DNA of 64,000 bases from positions 1,864,281 through 1,928,280 of the forward strand of contig CAJINV010000013.1 of assembly GCA_905178155.1 (NCBI GenBank), read 5' to 3'. Made by a program: the position numbers and the translations under genes. Shown piece after piece: positions 46,471-59,766 of the stretch. Source of the DNA: Amoebophrya sp. A120. Its lineage: Eukaryota > Protista > Dinoflagellata. Each line of letters starts with the position of its first letter. Position 1 is the first letter of the stretch. Under the pieces are notes generated by a model. The model was not told where the DNA came from, did no database searches, and saw only the letters and a list, made by a program, of their open reading frames with translations.

Positions 46471-47860
46471 ACAAGTCCGCACAACGAGGAAGAGCTCAGG
46501 ACTCTCCCGTTCCTGCTGTTCAACGCGGCACAGCTCTGTACCCCCATCATCTCTGTAAAGGTAACCACAAATTGAAAGGTGACTACTAGTGGGACATGGA
46601 TGCCATTTGTCTTCCAGTTCTTAGCCGCACGAGACACGGTGATTTAGTATCCTCCACTCCAGGTTTTTTGTTATTTTTATTTATCCAAAATCTTAATCTT
46701 GTGTCTTCGAGCATGTATTGATTCCCTCTTGATTTCATCTCAACACGCCCTAAGTCTAGGGTAGTTCTAGTTTGTAGAGTATTTTACTACCACCTTCATG
46801 CTCTCCTGCATCGGACAAGCCCGAAGAAAAAAAAAATGTTTAAGTGAGGTCTGGTAAATCCATCGAAAAGCAAATGTGCCAACCCTCGCGCGACGACCAC
46901 ATGAATCCATTTGAGGCTTTTTCTAGAAACATCAGCGAATAGGAATAACAGGAATATAGCTTCATTGGATGTCGCACCAAATCCATTCATCTTGCATTTC
47001 CGAATCGATCTTCGATCTTCCGGCAGCTGTGCAGACACATCTGAATCTGTGTTGTCGCATTGAAGAACCGAAAAAGAATCTGTTGACTTTTTTGCAGAGA
47101 AGAAAATGTTTTTTCCGGAGAAAGAAAAAAGACAAAGACGATTTCTCGTCATGCGAAATTGCAAGACAACATACATGAACATTTTCTGAAACTACCGAAG
47201 ACAGTCGTTTGGGAAAAAATCGACAAACGGGCCAAGTTCTATTTGATCTGCAGTATTACAGTCATTTCTTGCATAGTCGGTCTAACACTTAATATCGTGT
47301 GGATCACCATGATCTGAGAGAACCTTACCTTCGCAAATGGTGATCCGGCTATTGTTTTCACAGGTCTTCCTCAAGAAATTGCATGAGCTGCTTCGTATAA
47401 TGTTGCAAAAAATTCTCGTACAACTACAAGCAGAGATGATGAGAATGAAACTCAGACGAGGTCTCATAGGATAGTTCCATGTTTATTTGATCGTGATCCC
47501 CCTGATCAGAAATCTTAGAGACCCTCCAAGCGAGTGGGACAAATCAAGATCTTCGCGCTGCAAAAGTTGAAGTCGTGATGTGAAGATGGTGCGTTCAATC
47601 TGTTGAAGAATCTTTGAAGATGATACGCAAATAAACAGAACCATTATCATGAGACCGATCACAGTGAAGGATTGATGTCGAACTGCTTATGTTTTATGCG
47701 GATTCATTTTCCATTTCCGTGCTGTGTCATCACAATTGTAAAATGATGTTGATTAATGGCCGCGACATAATGTTTCCCCGAATGCCTTCTATTTAAGTAA
47801 AAAGTAATATGGCTTTTCTTCGTGTAGTTAATTTGAACGACAGAACGCGAGCATAAAAAG

Positions 47861-50800
47861 ATGGCGAAAAACAAAAAAAGCAAAGCCCAGGCCGGCAACA
47901 GACACCCCGTCCGGAAGGAGGGAGGTCTTCACGCAGGCAGTTCCAAGACCATGGCCAAGCACGGGAATTCTGTGCAGAAAAAAGGCAAAGGCGGGGCGAA
48001 AGGCCGGGGAAAAGCGCCATCTTCAGACCACCCGAGCAGGCGAAAACCCGCACCGGGGCCGCAGGTGAAGGTGACTAGTACTGGCAACTTTTCATCTAGA
48101 AATAAAGGAAAGGGAAAAATTGCCCACATGCGTCAACTGCGCAGCTCTACTACTACTTCAAGCAGGAACCAGCTGGCCCTGTACGAGCAAGCCGGCGGGG
48201 TTGTGCAGCGTGTGTTCGTGGAGAAAAAATCCGGACTGAAGAACGCACTCTACAACAGCCGTCCGAAGCCAGGTTCAACATCTTTCTTATCGGGGACCAC
48301 GACTTCGGCTTCGAACAAAGTGACCGTGAAAAGTGGAGAAGTCAGGTGTTCCACGACTGCGACGGACGAGGAAGCAGACCCCGAGGACCCTGCGAGCTCC
48401 GCACTGCCCGCCCTGTGCGCGATTGTCTCGAAAACCTTGAAGCTCGCCCCGTTGCTGTTGCCGCTCTTGCAGCAAAACCACGCAGCGGTGTTGGACCAAA
48501 TTGCCGAAGTGAGTGCGGAGCAAGAACAGCGTCGAGGGGGTTCTTCTAGTACTTCCTCGGGTCGTTGTAACAGCACGACCGCCGCGCAGCCAAAGCACCT
48601 CGGTTTTGTCCTCGTCATGGTCACGCAGCTGCTGTACTGCCGCGAGCAGGGGAAAAGCTTCAAGGTCGGTGGCAGGAAGGTTACCCCGTTGAAGCGGATA
48701 GTTGAGGAAGTGCGGAACGGCTTGATTGCATCTACTTGTTCATCCGGAAAGACAAAGATGAACAAAAATGAAGCCAATGTTGATGCTCCTCTACTTGCAG
48801 AGCACCGTCGTAGCAAACATGGCTGTGAAAATGAGAAGATGAACGCACCAGGAACGCACGGCGACGAACGCCGTAATACTATCTCGGAAAAGCAATTGCA
48901 GGCCATTTTGCTCGACCATAATTCTCCTTCCCACGACGGCGCTGACCATAAGAACACGACCGTGAGTGGAGAACGACCAGAAGAAGACGGAGCAGGCAAG
49001 CAGTACTGCTACTTCAGAATCAATCCAAGAATCGTTTTGCCGCTCGCTGTGCAGGCGAGCCATGAGCGACCAGCGGAAGCGGTGGAAGTGGAAGGGCGCC
49101 AGGTAGAAGAACGAGAGCAAAATGCAAACAAGAGTCCGGGCGGCCGTGGTAAGGAAGTACAGGAACTTGTTGTAGAACCCCAAGCAAGAAATTGTACTCC
49201 ATCTTCTAAAACCTCCACACCGCTGCAACCTCCGTCGACAAATTGTTTCACTTCCGAAAACATCAATATACTGACGGAAATCGACAAGTGGCTAGATCCA
49301 GTGACTCAGTCATTTCTGCACGAGAAAATGGAAAGTTTGAAAAAACAGGGAAATAAACCTACGAAGAAAAAAATCGTAGAAAATACTTCCGAAGTAGATG
49401 CCGGTTCAACAACTAGTACGACTTCCAGTTGCGGTGCAAGTACCAGTAGTACCGCCGCCGCGCTCGCCCGCGTCTTCGAGAAGGACTCCGTGGTGCCTTT
49501 GTGCTATCGGATGGAGAAACGCAACTACGCGACCTACCTGCACCCGCTGGCGGACGCCGGAATCGTCATAGTGCAGGACCGCAGCAGCCAGTTCTCGGCT
49601 TTGGCCGCTGTTGACACGCTGCTTGGCGGGGGAGGGAATAATTCTACTTTGCCCAAAGAAGTTGACGATGATCATGTTGACGACAGAAATGATGGAGCTG
49701 CCGTTCCGTGTAGACGTCGTCGAGGGAGTTCTTCATCTTTTTCTAGTTCCTTTTCCTCTGGGCTAAAAATCCTGGACGCCTGCTCCGCTCCCGGGTCGAA
49801 GACCTCGCACGTCATCCATCTGCTGCAGTTGTACCGAGCATATCATCACGACAAAAGGATGCTAGTTTCGCCCGGTCGTTCCTGCGCTTCTGGCTCGTCC
49901 TCCATCCGAAGTAAAAAACGGGCGGATGAAGTAGAACAAACAGAAACACCAACACCCATCATGGACACGGTCATCGCTTTGGAGCGGGACCCGAAGCGGT
50001 TTCGAATATTGTTGACGCGACTGGCGACCGTGTGTGACCTCTTTGCAGTAGATGAAGGGCAAGAACTACTACGACCGGGAGGAGAAAAAAGTTGTTCTCC
50101 CTTGCAGCCCGCGGAAATCGGCGAAAAATACAAGGACTTTTTTGCAACGGCGAAGAAGTCTTCAGTTCTGTCATCGCAGAACAGAATTATTACCGACTAC
50201 GGGCAAGAGAAGGTTGACAAATTGACAGACCACGGGATAAAAAACCCGCCCGCGGAAAATAAAAGAAAAGATCATACAGCAACCTCTTGGGCGGGAAGTG
50301 ATCCTATGGAGTTGAAATTCCACATTCCTATACCGCAGCGCGGCGCACCAGAGCAAGACAAAGACTTAACAAAAGCGAAACACAGCATTTTGGTCGTTCT
50401 GAAATTAGGCGACTTTTTGCAGCTGCGGAGGAATGAGGAAACCGCGCAACGAGGACCAGCGGAAAGAAATAGCACGTTCTTGTCCCACGACGACCATCTC
50501 GACGCTATTCTCCTGGATCCGTCTTGCAGTGGGTCTGGTTTGCAAGAGCACAACCAGGAAAAAAACCGCTACGAAATTACAAAGAATACTTCCGACCGTA
50601 TGAAGATGTTGAGTAAAAACAATTCGACGTCCACACTAGAAGAAGTACTGCCAGAGCAGGACCAGTTTTCGGCCCTGGACCCGTCGGCACGCGCCCGTGT
50701 GGAAAGCCTGGCCGAGTTCCAGACCCGGATGTTGCAGCACGCGCTCGGGTTGATAGCAGGAGGAGCTTCGTTGAAATGTTTGCACGACCGCAGTAGTCAG

Positions 50801-51814
50801 GTAAACAAAAATGTTAAGCGAAGTAGACCCTCCTACGTGTTCTATTCGACGTGTTCCGTGTACGATCGCGAAAACGAGCGCGTGGTGATAGACGGGGTAG
50901 AAAGGGCGGAACGGGAAGTTGTAGTGGAGACAGAGCAGCTCCAGATCATGCAGCGTGGTCGTGAAGGTGAAGCTCTAGTAGGTTCTTTATTTCCACCGGC
51001 TCAAGTTGTAGAACTACATCTGCTCCAGCAGCAGAACTTGTTCGAAGTGCAAGCCGCGTTGCCAGCCTCGATGCGGGCAGTGTGGAAAGAGGAGACCAGT
51101 TTACGGAAGGTCAAAGCCCATTTTTCGGGATCAGGTGGTGCACTTAATAACCGACTTGATTGCAGCACCGACGAGATGAACGGTGGAGAAAATGAAAACG
51201 ATGTTGCGATGAAGGAGTTGTCAGAAGAAGGAGATCCTCTTCATCTTCACGAAGTAGATGCGGTTGACAAAGATCATGACCAGGGAGGTCGTCGCCGTGG
51301 TGAAGAGTCTCCTCGTCTCCCACGACCAGCAGACGCAGATCCTCAACTCGCGTCCAACGTGAATCACCTCCGGATGCTGTGCGCGCATTCCTATCCGGAA
51401 GAGCACCAGTGCCGCGGCTTCTTTTTGGCGAAGGTGGCTTTATCATCTGTGGATCCTTGCCGCGCGGCGCGTGGAGGATCAGAACCAAAAGACGGAACCT
51501 CAACAACGCAGCCGCAGGCAGATGAGGTAATGAAGAATGACTACCGTGACCACACAGAAACAGATCAACATGGCCGAAAAACGGCGAGTAGTAGTCCATC
51601 TTCACGACATGAGCCTGTTGAACAAGTAGAGACGCATCAAGCGGGACGTCGAGAGGCAGCTTCGAAAAAGAGACAGACGGCTAGCGGAAACGTTGGAATC
51701 TCCTCGACGGAAGAGGATTTTGCTCCTCAACAAACCTCTCAATACGTCTCGGTGAAGAAGGCGCGAAGGCTCATGGCAGAGTTGCGCAGCCAACTCCACG
51801 CTTGTAAAAAATGA
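47861..51814 (+). CDS. NSUN5: NSUN5/Rcm1-like large-subunit rRNA cytosine-C5 methyltransferase, greatly expanded (1317 aa, intronless)
   Basis: RsmB/NOL1 motifs in order: VQDRSS, ILDACSAPGSKT, ILLDPSCSGSG, LAEFQ..ML.HAL, YSTCSV...ENE.VV, GFFLA. DPSCSGSG is typical of the NSUN5 subfamily. Confidence 0.85.
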   Translation: MAKNKKSKAQAGNRHPVRKEGGLHAGSSKTMAKHGNSVQKKGKGGAKGRGKAPSSDHPSRRKPAPGPQVKVTSTGNFSSRNKGKGKIAHMRQLRSSTTTSSRNQLALYEQAGGVVQRVFVEKKSGLKNALYNSRPKPGSTSFLSGTTTSASNKVTVKSGEVRCSTTATDEEADPEDPASSALPALCAIVSKTLKLAPLLLPLLQQNHAAVLDQIAEVSAEQEQRRGGSSSTSSGRCNSTTAAQPKHLGFVLVMVTQLLYCREQGKSFKVGGRKVTPLKRIVEEVRNGLIASTCSSGKTKMNKNEANVDAPLLAEHRRSKHGCENEKMNAPGTHGDERRNTISEKQLQAILLDHNSPSHDGADHKNTTVSGERPEEDGAGKQYCYFRINPRIVLPLAVQASHERPAEAVEVEGRQVEEREQNANKSPGGRGKEVQELVVEPQARNCTPSSKTSTPLQPPSTNCFTSENINILTEIDKWLDPVTQSFLHEKMESLKKQGNKPTKKKIVENTSEVDAGSTTSTTSSCGASTSSTAAALARVFEKDSVVPLCYRMEKRNYATYLHPLADAGIVIVQDRSSQFSALAAVDTLLGGGGNNSTLPKEVDDDHVDDRNDGAAVPCRRRRGSSSSFSSSFSSGLKILDACSAPGSKTSHVIHLLQLYRAYHHDKRMLVSPGRSCASGSSSIRSKKRADEVEQTETPTPIMDTVIALERDPKRFRILLTRLATVCDLFAVDEGQELLRPGGEKSCSPLQPAEIGEKYKDFFATAKKSSVLSSQNRIITDYGQEKVDKLTDHGIKNPPAENKRKDHTATSWAGSDPMELKFHIPIPQRGAPEQDKDLTKAKHSILVVLKLGDFLQLRRNEETAQRGPAERNSTFLSHDDHLDAILLDPSCSGSGLQEHNQEKNRYEITKNTSDRMKMLSKNNSTSTLEEVLPEQDQFSALDPSARARVESLAEFQTRMLQHALGLIAGGASLKCLHDRSSQVNKNVKRSRPSYVFYSTCSVYDRENERVVIDGVERAEREVVVETEQLQIMQRGREGEALVGSLFPPAQVVELHLLQQQNLFEVQAALPASMRAVWKEETSLRKVKAHFSGSGGALNNRLDCSTDEMNGGENENDVAMKELSEEGDPLHLHEVDAVDKDHDQGGRRRGEESPRLPRPADADPQLASNVNHLRMLCAHSYPEEHQCRGFFLAKVALSSVDPCRAARGGSEPKDGTSTTQPQADEVMKNDYRDHTETDQHGRKTASSSPSSRHEPVEQVETHQAGRREAASKKRQTASGNVGISSTEEDFAPQQTSQYVSVKKARRLMAELRSQLHACKK

Positions 51815-53516
51815 ATGCCGTTTGCGTTTCACAAGACAACTTCCTTGAAGCAGAGCTCAACAGAGTGTATTGCGAGAGAATTTTCGTGGTCATGCGTTTC
51901 GGAGAATTTTTTTGCTTGAGCTTGAAGCTTTTCAAACGGCGACAAGAACACATCAAACAGCAATAAAGCGAGAAACGTAGCTGTAGCACCAAGCGTTTTC
52001 TCGCTCTGCCGCGATTCGTGTTCCCATGATACCTATAACTGTGTACGTGCAGTTCGTTGCTACCGTGCTTGCATTTTTTGAATTTTCGTGCTTCTGGAGA
52101 TGTTGGCTTTCTTTACGTTTTTCCTGTGCGTATTTTCACTGCACGGTGATCGGGAATTTACTTTACGGCCACCACCTTGTAGCTTCACAAAAGAAAAGAC
52201 GGAATCCGACGTAAAAATTGCATCACGCGATGTGATGCAGTTGGTTCCAAGTCTGAATTTTCTAGGGGATTTTTTACGCGACGCTTGATGGAAAAACAGT
52301 AGCAAGTACGAGCTGGCAGTGCAGCTGTGCGCTCCCTACTAGGCAGCACTCGTTTGTGAAGAGGGTACTACAGTCCCTTCTTCTTTCCGCGCAAGTCCGC
52401 CGCGTTTTTGCTGTCGCTCAATATTCCGGCGAGATTGCCTGCATCTAAACTATTTTTAGCAAACTACAAACAACCCAAAGAAACAAGTTCCCCCACCCCT
52501 CCTTTCGACCGCATGATGACCAACAAAAGGCCGAGTCATAGAGCGTGCGTCGCGTTTTGCTGTGCCAACCGCATGACAAAAGCGCTTCATGATGCGCGCT
52601 CGATGCGGACTTTATCTGGCGAAGAAGGTTTCTGAGACGGTGGAAGGACTATAATTGTCATTCTTAGAGCGAGTGGGAGTGGTTGCTCGATCCATCCTGT
52701 TTTAAGATTGACGCAATCAATGATATTATGTAATGATTGCAACCACAACTACAATGCGCTTCGGCAGAGAACCGACCAGCACCCCACCGTAGTTAATACG
52801 AAGCAGTAATGCATCAACGGGCGGAGATCCACTGCAAGTCAGTAGTTTTGGACTTGATAAGGCGGCAATTATCGAGTTAAAGCAAAAATCGACGATCCTG
52901 ATTTTTCATGTCTGCAGGCTTGATGAAGATGCGTTGCCACACTATTGCGACACGTTTTTGCTCCGGATTTTTTTCCGAATGCCCTCCCTTTTTAGTTGCT
53001 GGACGATCCGCGTTGAATTCTTTTTGTAGATTTTTAATTTTATGGCAAAAAATCGCATGAGATCCAAAACCAAAATTGAACCTCATCGGCGCGACGAGAA
53101 CTCAAAAAATGCAAATCGTGCCAATGAAGATCTTGTGGCTCTTTTGCAACCTTGTTTGGCGCACCGATTCTTTTGAAAATTTTGGTGCTAATCGGAAAAG
53201 GAAAATTTTGGTTCATTGATCTGATGTTACCATGTCAACAGGCTTTCGTTTGCGAAAAAATCTGTGTTTTTTTCAAAACCTCCGCACAACTAGACGTTAT
53301 CAGCATTCGCTGTGAATTTATAACATTGCCATCAAGCCACATACTGAGACGACGTCATTTACATTTTCTCCACTAGGAATACAGCTGAGTACAACGACAG
53401 CAATCAAGTAAGTTGAATTTAGTCGCGACCTTTCTTGCTTTCGCAACTACTAGCACCGGTTATTTTTTGATTTATCCCTCCTTTCCGACGAGTTTGTCTC
53501 TCCGAATCCCACGAAA

Positions 53517-56500
53517 ATGACCGCCGAAAACATGGAAGTCGAAGTCGCGGCCCCGGCCGAAGAAGTTGTGAAGCAGGAACAGGTGGCGGAGCAGAAGCCG
53601 CAAGACGCTGGCGAACCGGTACTTACTGCCAAAAATTATCGTATGTATCCTTTCCACCAGATATTTTTCACCCGCCGGCACATAAGTCCATTTGCGACAT
53701 AATTTGAACATCTCCGCCCGCGTCCGATAGGTTTGCGTTCTTGCGGCTTTGTGATCTACTTGAGCTCAGTTTTTCCTTCGCTTGAGCCTCCATCAACGCC
53801 GCTCGGATTGAATCGCCTTTCTGCCTCGTCGCACAAATTCATGCAGCCCCCCGTCGGACGAAGAGGAAGATATATGTTAATAATGTTGATGATAAACACA
53901 AAAACAATAAAACAGTCATAATTTTTTTTCTCGCTAACCTGGAAAAATATTCTTTTGATTTCTCTTTTCGACACAGGCCTCTTCCGCGGACAGCTCGGCA
54001 AACGACGATGCTAAGCCGTCAACTGGGGCCGAGGACGGCGAAGAGAACAAGATGGAAGTTGACGCGGAGGAAAACGAGGCAGAGGCTGCGGCCAAGGAGG
54101 ACAAGGACCAAGACGAAGATTTTTCGGAGGACAAGCCGGAGACCCTGATCGCCCCGGGGTCCGTCGTGCTGAACGAGTGGGACCGGACCTTCAACGCGCT
54201 CGGCGCGGAGCAGGGCACCACGCTCGCCTCCCTCACCGGCGACGGCTTCAACCAGCTCTACTCGGCCATGCGCGCAAACAAGGGCTTCTACGATGGTATA
54301 GTGTAGATAAGTGGCTAGGAGGTGGCCGCCGGGTTATTTTCATGCAGAACCAAAAAAAACCACAACAGATGAAATATCCTAGAAGCCAGATTGATAATTG
54401 ATGTGGTCTAGTAGAAGTATCAGATTCAAAGCAATATACGGGAATTGCAATAATATACTCTCCTCCGAGAACAAGCCGAATGTTTGTAGTTGGTTCATTT
54501 CCCACAGCACGGGACAATAGTAGATTTGTACTTTCATCCGTAATGAAAAAAACATCTAAAAATCACCCCCCAGGTCGCTACTACTTCGAGATCAAGATGT
54601 TGGATCACCCCCGGTCGGTGCGGGTGGGGTTTTCCACCGTGGAGTGTGACCTGACCATGGATACGGCGAATGCGTTTTGCTTCGAAAGCCACTGCGACGC
54701 CTACGTTGCCGGCGAGAGGCAGAAAAACGTGAACCCGAGGTGGACCCGAACCGACGTGGTCGGCTGCCTATTGAACGTTCCGAAAAAGCAGATTGTTTTG
54801 GTGCTCAACGGAGGAATCACCCCCACTGGTATATTCACCGGCTGATGTTGTTAGCATTTATGTCAGCACCCCATCTTGTTGTATTTCTTCGATGCTCTGA
54901 TAGATTCTTTGTAGTGTAGCACTTCTATTTTTCGTGTCGTGCTGTTTTCAGGCGATCTATTTCTATTGCTATTTTTCCTAACCGTCGTACAATTCCTACC
55001 GCAACTCTATTTGTTGAGGTGCTCTCTGCATGATTTTCACGCACGCACAAGCAGCACGCACTGGCATTGATTTGCTAGGAGCGCGATGTTGAAATTCACC
55101 TCGTGCTCCTATCACTACGACCGTATACCCGCGGGGATAGACGAGCGCATTTATTCGAAAATTTTTGTTTTCACGCTTCTGTCTGACACAGGCCACTCCG
55201 CCACGATTCCGGACAGTATGTTTGACGAGAGCGGCAAGCTGAAAATGGCTCTGTACCCGACCGTGGTGAGCAAGGGCTGCTCGGTGGAGTGCAACTTCTC
55301 CACGGAGGTGTGGAAGCAGCTTCCGTTCGCGGTGCGCACGGTGGGCCGAGCGAAGATCGCGGACTGCGTGGAGAGCCCGAAGAAGCGACACACTGTGCTG
55401 TCAGAAGACGACAAGGGAAGAAGAATTGTGGAGGTGACTATCCCCGTTGGCTTCGACGCGTCCAACGTCATCGAAAAATTCAAAGCGGAAAGCCCGGACG
55501 CATGGGTACATATATGGGTTGATGTTTTTGATACTACTCATCTCTCCTCCGGGATGAGTTTGACGAGCTACAATTCTAGTAACTATTTACTCCATAAATC
55601 ATGCAATTGAGTTCGTAGTTCTAATAAATTGAGCGCATCCAACATCTCCTCTTCAAGCGCCCCTTTATACCACCCACGACGTGCGATGACAGGTTTTGAC
55701 GCAAGACTTTTTGGCTTCGTGGGCGGAGAAGTCGGGTGCGCAGAAGCGAGCAGGGGGAAACCAGCAGAGCGGGCGGGGCAACCAGAGCCAGCAGGAGAAG
55801 TATGGGTTGATGTGCCTGGACAACCCGATGGGGGTGTTCCCGATGCTGCTCAAGGGAGGCCACAAGTACCTGATGTCCATGTTGAACCTGCACAACCTCT
55901 TTCCCCAGATGCGACAGGACGCCTTCGCCAAGCTGCAGCACGCGTTGAACGTACGAATCAAAGGATTGGTCAGCGTAGACAGCGTTCTCGCGGTGCTAGA
56001 AGGCAAAAAACAGGTGGTGCAGAACGTCCGCGATCACTACGAGCACGCCGCATTACCAAACACCGAGAGCGAAGGTATAAAGTAGATACGAATGAATTTA
56101 ATACGCTGACGTTTTTTCGTTGGTCATACACAATGTGCGACGATGAAAATGAACATCAAACGGAAGCCAATCTTCAGGATATGCGCATGCAATAAGTACC
56201 TACTTGCGAATGCGAACCACAAGTCGTGACCACTCTGCAATGTCTATAAGTAGCTCAATGTACAGGACGTGATCATTTGAATTTAATGTTGCTCTGCTGG
56301 TGTTTCCAAAAACGAAAACCGAATCCGCACCTACCTTTTCCTTTCAGCCTGGGACACTGTGGAATACGTCTACGAAGCGGATCCGAGCAAAACGCAGGAG
56401 GAACTGGCCACCCTGGTCAACGAGAAATTTGTCGCATGGAAGAAGGACTGCAAGCTCAAGTCAAAGGTAGTTTTTACTCGTACAGCTGCATACGATTTGA

Positions 56501-58434
56501 TTGTTCGCTATAATTTTGGCAGGACGACTTCACTGTCGTCACGGTGTGTGGTCGAAGCTATTGTGAGTGTTTGTTTTCGACGGCCTTGATTGATGACGGG
56601 TCATCCGACCCACGCCTGTGCCCACACCTGTGTCGCCCAGCACGCATTCGGGAGACGTCGAATACCCCACGCCACGGACTCCCAGCGCCACTTGAATGAA
56701 ACGAATGGTTGTTGTTGAGACGAGGCGGCGATGGGATCTCCCTTTTCTATTTTCATCGGACGTGGGTGCGGCAAAAAGACGACTGTTTTTCAGCTAGTTG
56801 TATAGGACAAATACATATCGTGGAGGACAAAAAGTCCCTACGATGCGGAGCTTGCAATTAGTCTTTATTTCTGCAACACAGGTTACCGACTTGAAGAAGG
56901 GCCCGTATTACACCAACCAAATTACTAAGTTCTCGAAGTTGCGACAGATGCAGCACAAGGCGACCGCAGAGCAGGCCCGAAAAGCGCACGCTGCTACGAA
57001 GGAGAAATTGAAGGCCGAGAAGAAGGCAAAGAAGGAAGCTGCCGCTGCGGCAAAAAAAGAGGAAGAGAAGGGGGACAAGGAGAAAGAGGAAGGTGAGTGG
57101 CTTTGATTTTCCTTTTTTTTCCCCTTCTAAACTCGCCACGGAAACGGATTGTTGGCGATGGATTTTTCCTTCGATGCATTTTTCTTCATACTGCGCTCGT
57201 GAACGTCTTGCGGCCTCCTTTGTTTTTTGGCTTTTGATGGCCATGAAACGTATGTCTGCATGCTCGGGTAAAAGGAAAAACCTGAAATGCAATTTGAAAT
57301 TCATCGCGTAAAGGTGCTGCTGAGCCTGCTGCGGAGGAGGCAAAAGAAGAAAGTGTTGAGTCCGAGGAGGAAGAGGAGGTGCTCCCAGCCATCATGGAGG
57401 AATTCTCCGAGGAAGACTGGATGTTGGCGCAACTCCGCTGTGAAATCCACTCATGTACTGCTTTACACTAATTTTATTTTTTTCCCTCACCGCCGTTGCG
57501 TACAAAATGAGAATTCGTTTTGTTCTTTGTGCTTGATATTTTGGGAAGTTTCTACTTTTGAAGGTGCAGTTGTGCGTCGCACGAATGTTGAATACGCATT
57601 AATATAAACCAGTGATCCACGCTTTCCGAATGGATGTGAATGACCCCGAGCGGGTAACTTTCCCGGCGACGCACATGGCTTACTACTACCACCTGTACTC
57701 GGGGAAGCCATTCTCGCAGACGTTGCAATCCTTTAACGTACGCACGCTGGAGGAACTCACCAAGCTGATCCCGGATGTCTGCGAACACACCAAGGACATG
57801 GACGATTTCGCCCTGCGCAAGGAGAAGAGCCTCTTGGAAGACTTCGACCTTGTGCTGCCGGCCAGCTCCGAGGCTGACCTCGACGTGCAAAAGTTCATCG
57901 AAGTCACAGAGGAAGCCAGGTACTACTACACGAATGCTCAATCCAGCTAGATAATAGAATAAGGTGGAGGACCATGCAGCAAAATACGTAAAGTAAGCTA
58001 TTGCTATAACATCAGAACAAGTACCTAGAATCATGTCGTGAGCTTCTGTGTCACCATGCTGGAGTTTCATGCGCATACGTAGTTCGGATACCAGTTCTTG
58101 ACCATGTGGAGCGCGGTCGCGCACATGGAATGCAATTTGTTAAAATGCAAACGCTTCAACTTCATAGTTACTACACCATCACCATCATCAGTACGCAATG
58201 TTTCAAAATACCAATAAATCCCTCACCAGGCAAATGCGCACGGACCGATTGGATGCCGGCGACGAGAACGCGGCGCTTAACTTCACCTTCAAGCAACAGA
58301 GCCAGAAGCAGGCGGGCAACAACAAAGTCGATAACTTCAAGCGGCCGATGCCCAACAGCAACCAGTACAGTGACTACAACGCGAAGCGCAGCCGCAGCAC
58401 CTACAACCAGGCCGCGTCCGGCGCCAGACGGTAG
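53517..58434 (+). CDS. SPRY-domain, hnRNP-U-like protein (~784 aa, 10 exons)
   Basis: GT-AG exons 53517-53618, 53977-54295, 54574-54828, 55192-55505, 55693-56074, 56348-56466, 56882-57092, 57314-57454, 57613-57919, 58230-58434 sum in frame. Acidic N-terminus; SPRY motifs GRYYFEIK, VRVGFS, DVVGCLL, LYPTV...VECNF. The hnRNP-U assignment is inference. Confidence 0.75.
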
Positions 58435-59766
58435 AGGGGCCAGGGTTTAGGATGATTTTCGACAGGAGGAAGAAACTTATTTAGATTCAACTAACAAAAC
58501 AAAGCAAACAATACACCATCTTCTTCGACAAGAGCGGATACACTTAGATACGATAAATCAAACCCAGATGAATAAGATTTCTCTTTTTTGACGAGCCCTT
58601 TTTTTCCTTGTCTACTTCTTTACCAGCGGCTCCGAGAACTGTTTGAACCAGCAGCACGTGGTCCAGCGTTGATGATGAGACTGACAACATCACAACGACG
58701 TGAGCACGCGGCTTGACGAGATGATATATTATTTTGATGAACGGTAATCAACAATGAACGGATCATTTTCATTCTTCGGACAAACGTAAGGCTAGCACTT
58801 GCTCAGAAAATGCACGGCATGTTTATTCCGCCCGGAACAATTACAGCCTTCTCTACAAATTGTAATTGTACTACTCCAATAACGCCGAATCATGATCATC
58901 CGGAAGGAAATGCAAATGGAAATGAACATGAGCATCTTCACTCTTCAACAACCCATTTTTACAGCTTCAGATCAACTTGAGAAGTCAACAACAAACTGCA
59001 GTACCGACGACCTGCGAAAACGTAGACGTACACTTTGACTCATTCTTTATCATTTTCCTCACGCAAGATAGTTTGTTTCTCTTTTCGTTTTTGATGCTCC
59101 TTTGTTATGCAACGACGGCTTGTAGAAGTGCAAAAGATTACTCGATGAATGGCACCATTAGCAGAGCCACAGCAGCACGCAGTGTAAGACCAGCTACAAC
59201 TTGAACGAACCTGACAAGTTTTATTTACACTTGAAGAAATGAATCATCGCTGATGCTGCAAGATGAATTACTAGTCATTTTGAAACTTCAACTTTTCTAG
59301 CGACATTAGAAAACAAATCGGATGCGAGCGGAAGACGAGGTCTGTCTTCTTGCCCGTCTCTCCCTACAGAAGCGTGTAGGTTTTCGTTTTTAAGAGTAGT
59401 TGTCTCTTCGAAGAAGTTACAGAAGCAGGAGGACTGCCCTACGAGATGTCCTCCGAAGCTACTTGAGAATAGCGTTCGTTTCCCGGCGGCACGAAAAACT
59501 TCCAAACTAACACAGAGATGGTGAAGAAGTTCTGTGCTTGTTTTTCTAATCGAGCAAACAATTCGATTCAACAAGCTGCAGGGACACAAATTCACAGATT
59601 TTCGTCACCCGTCGACCTACTTTTCAAGTGTTGGACAACAAGTCACGCTAAGTCGGGGGGTGACGAAGACGAGGAGCCTTTCCCTGCCGTGTTTCGTTCC
59701 TAACCAGGCTGATGTACCTTTGACTAGATGACGATGTGCTGATGTAGGTACTTGCTCAAATAGTAG

